Source: the human T2T-CHM13v2.0 reference genome, Homo sapiens. Taken from it: a DNA stretch of 64,000 nt. Of the stretch, positions 63,201 through 64,000 are shown piece by piece. The stretch lies in the NCBI RefSeq assembly GCF_009914755.1, contig NC_060928.1. The stretch is one strand, 5' to 3'. The notes under the pieces were generated by a model, which saw only the letters and a program-made list of their open reading frames with translations, was not told the DNA's origin and did no database searches. Both the position numbers and the translations under genes were made by a program. The stretch's first letter is position 1, and the number at the start of each line of letters is the position of its first letter.

Positions 63201-64000
63201 TCGAGGACTATGTTGAATATGTAGAAGTGTTAATATGGGTCTATTAGACTCCATTATTGATTGACAGAGCAGGGAACATATCTGCTTATGAGTAAGTTCA
63301 GCCTTGTGCCTGAATAAATACTTTTTTAAAAGGTACCAATAATTCCAACACACCAAAAGGTACCTGCCCTTGGAAAAGGATAAAAGCAAGAATGCCTCTG
63401 GGTGAAGTTCCTGGTCATTCCCAACTCTGAATTTAGCATTGATCCTGTGTCTAGCTGGGCTCCTCTTCTGACCTGAGAGCCCTGAAGTCAGCAGATGAGG
63501 TGCTGGTAGAGTTCCATGTAGACAAAGCCCCAGCTCTCTTTCCCCTTATAATCCTGTCTTCAGGGGAGTGACTTGCAACTTATGGAACATATCACATGTG
63601 TTTTTTATTGTCCCCAAACACCATGTGATCTATCATGTATCTTGCTAAAGTAAATTTCTAAGCTTTTTTTTTCCTTTTTAAAACTATTTTCGAAACTGTG
63701 GCAAATGTGTCTAGACTTAGTCATACAAAATTTACAAAAACCTTTTAAAAGGGATTTTAAGATGGTGTTTTAAGGTTGTTAGGTGTTCCATGTTAGGTGT
63801 CTTCTCAGTAAGCCACTCTTCTTTTTCAACTTAAGGAACCCCTCCTTGACAAATTATTAATCAGTGCCTTGGATATATTCACTAATGGTAGAACACAGAG
63901 GTTTAAAATCATTATGGGTTATAAAGAAAGTAAAAATATTTTTATTTGTGGCCAATTTAAAGCCTTGAATCTGTTTGGCTGGGGCTAATATTTACACTTC

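Noticed and set aside
60264-64000. SFRP2 penultimate exon
   Set aside because: No sequence encoding the expected Cys-containing linker (CEAC...CKNDF) seen; it lies beyond the window

Overview
Human-type genomic DNA, recognisable as the RNF175-SFRP2 locus (4q31). Both genes lie on the minus strand. The window holds RNF175 coding exons 1-5 (codons 1-170: N-terminus and transmembrane region; the RING exons lie left of the window) and its CpG-island promoter near 38.3 kb. About 20 kb of repeat-rich intergenic DNA follows, then the last exon of SFRP2 (NTR domain, stop, ~860-nt 3'UTR) and part of its last intron. The rest is mostly Alu, L1, L2/MIR, MaLR/ERV LTRs and DNA-transposon relics. I see no new protein-coding or multi-gene system; nearly all ORF-track entries are repeat-derived or shadow frames. 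The most unusual signals are small: an exact 46-bp templated duplication inside an old L1, two intronic VNTRs (G4-type and GCATG-rich), a 63-nt hairpin in a solo LTR, a stop-creating alternative acceptor at RNF175 exon 3, and tandem hairpins plus Pumilio/variant poly(A) elements in the SFRP2 3'UTR. Repeat family names and boundaries are by-eye estimates.
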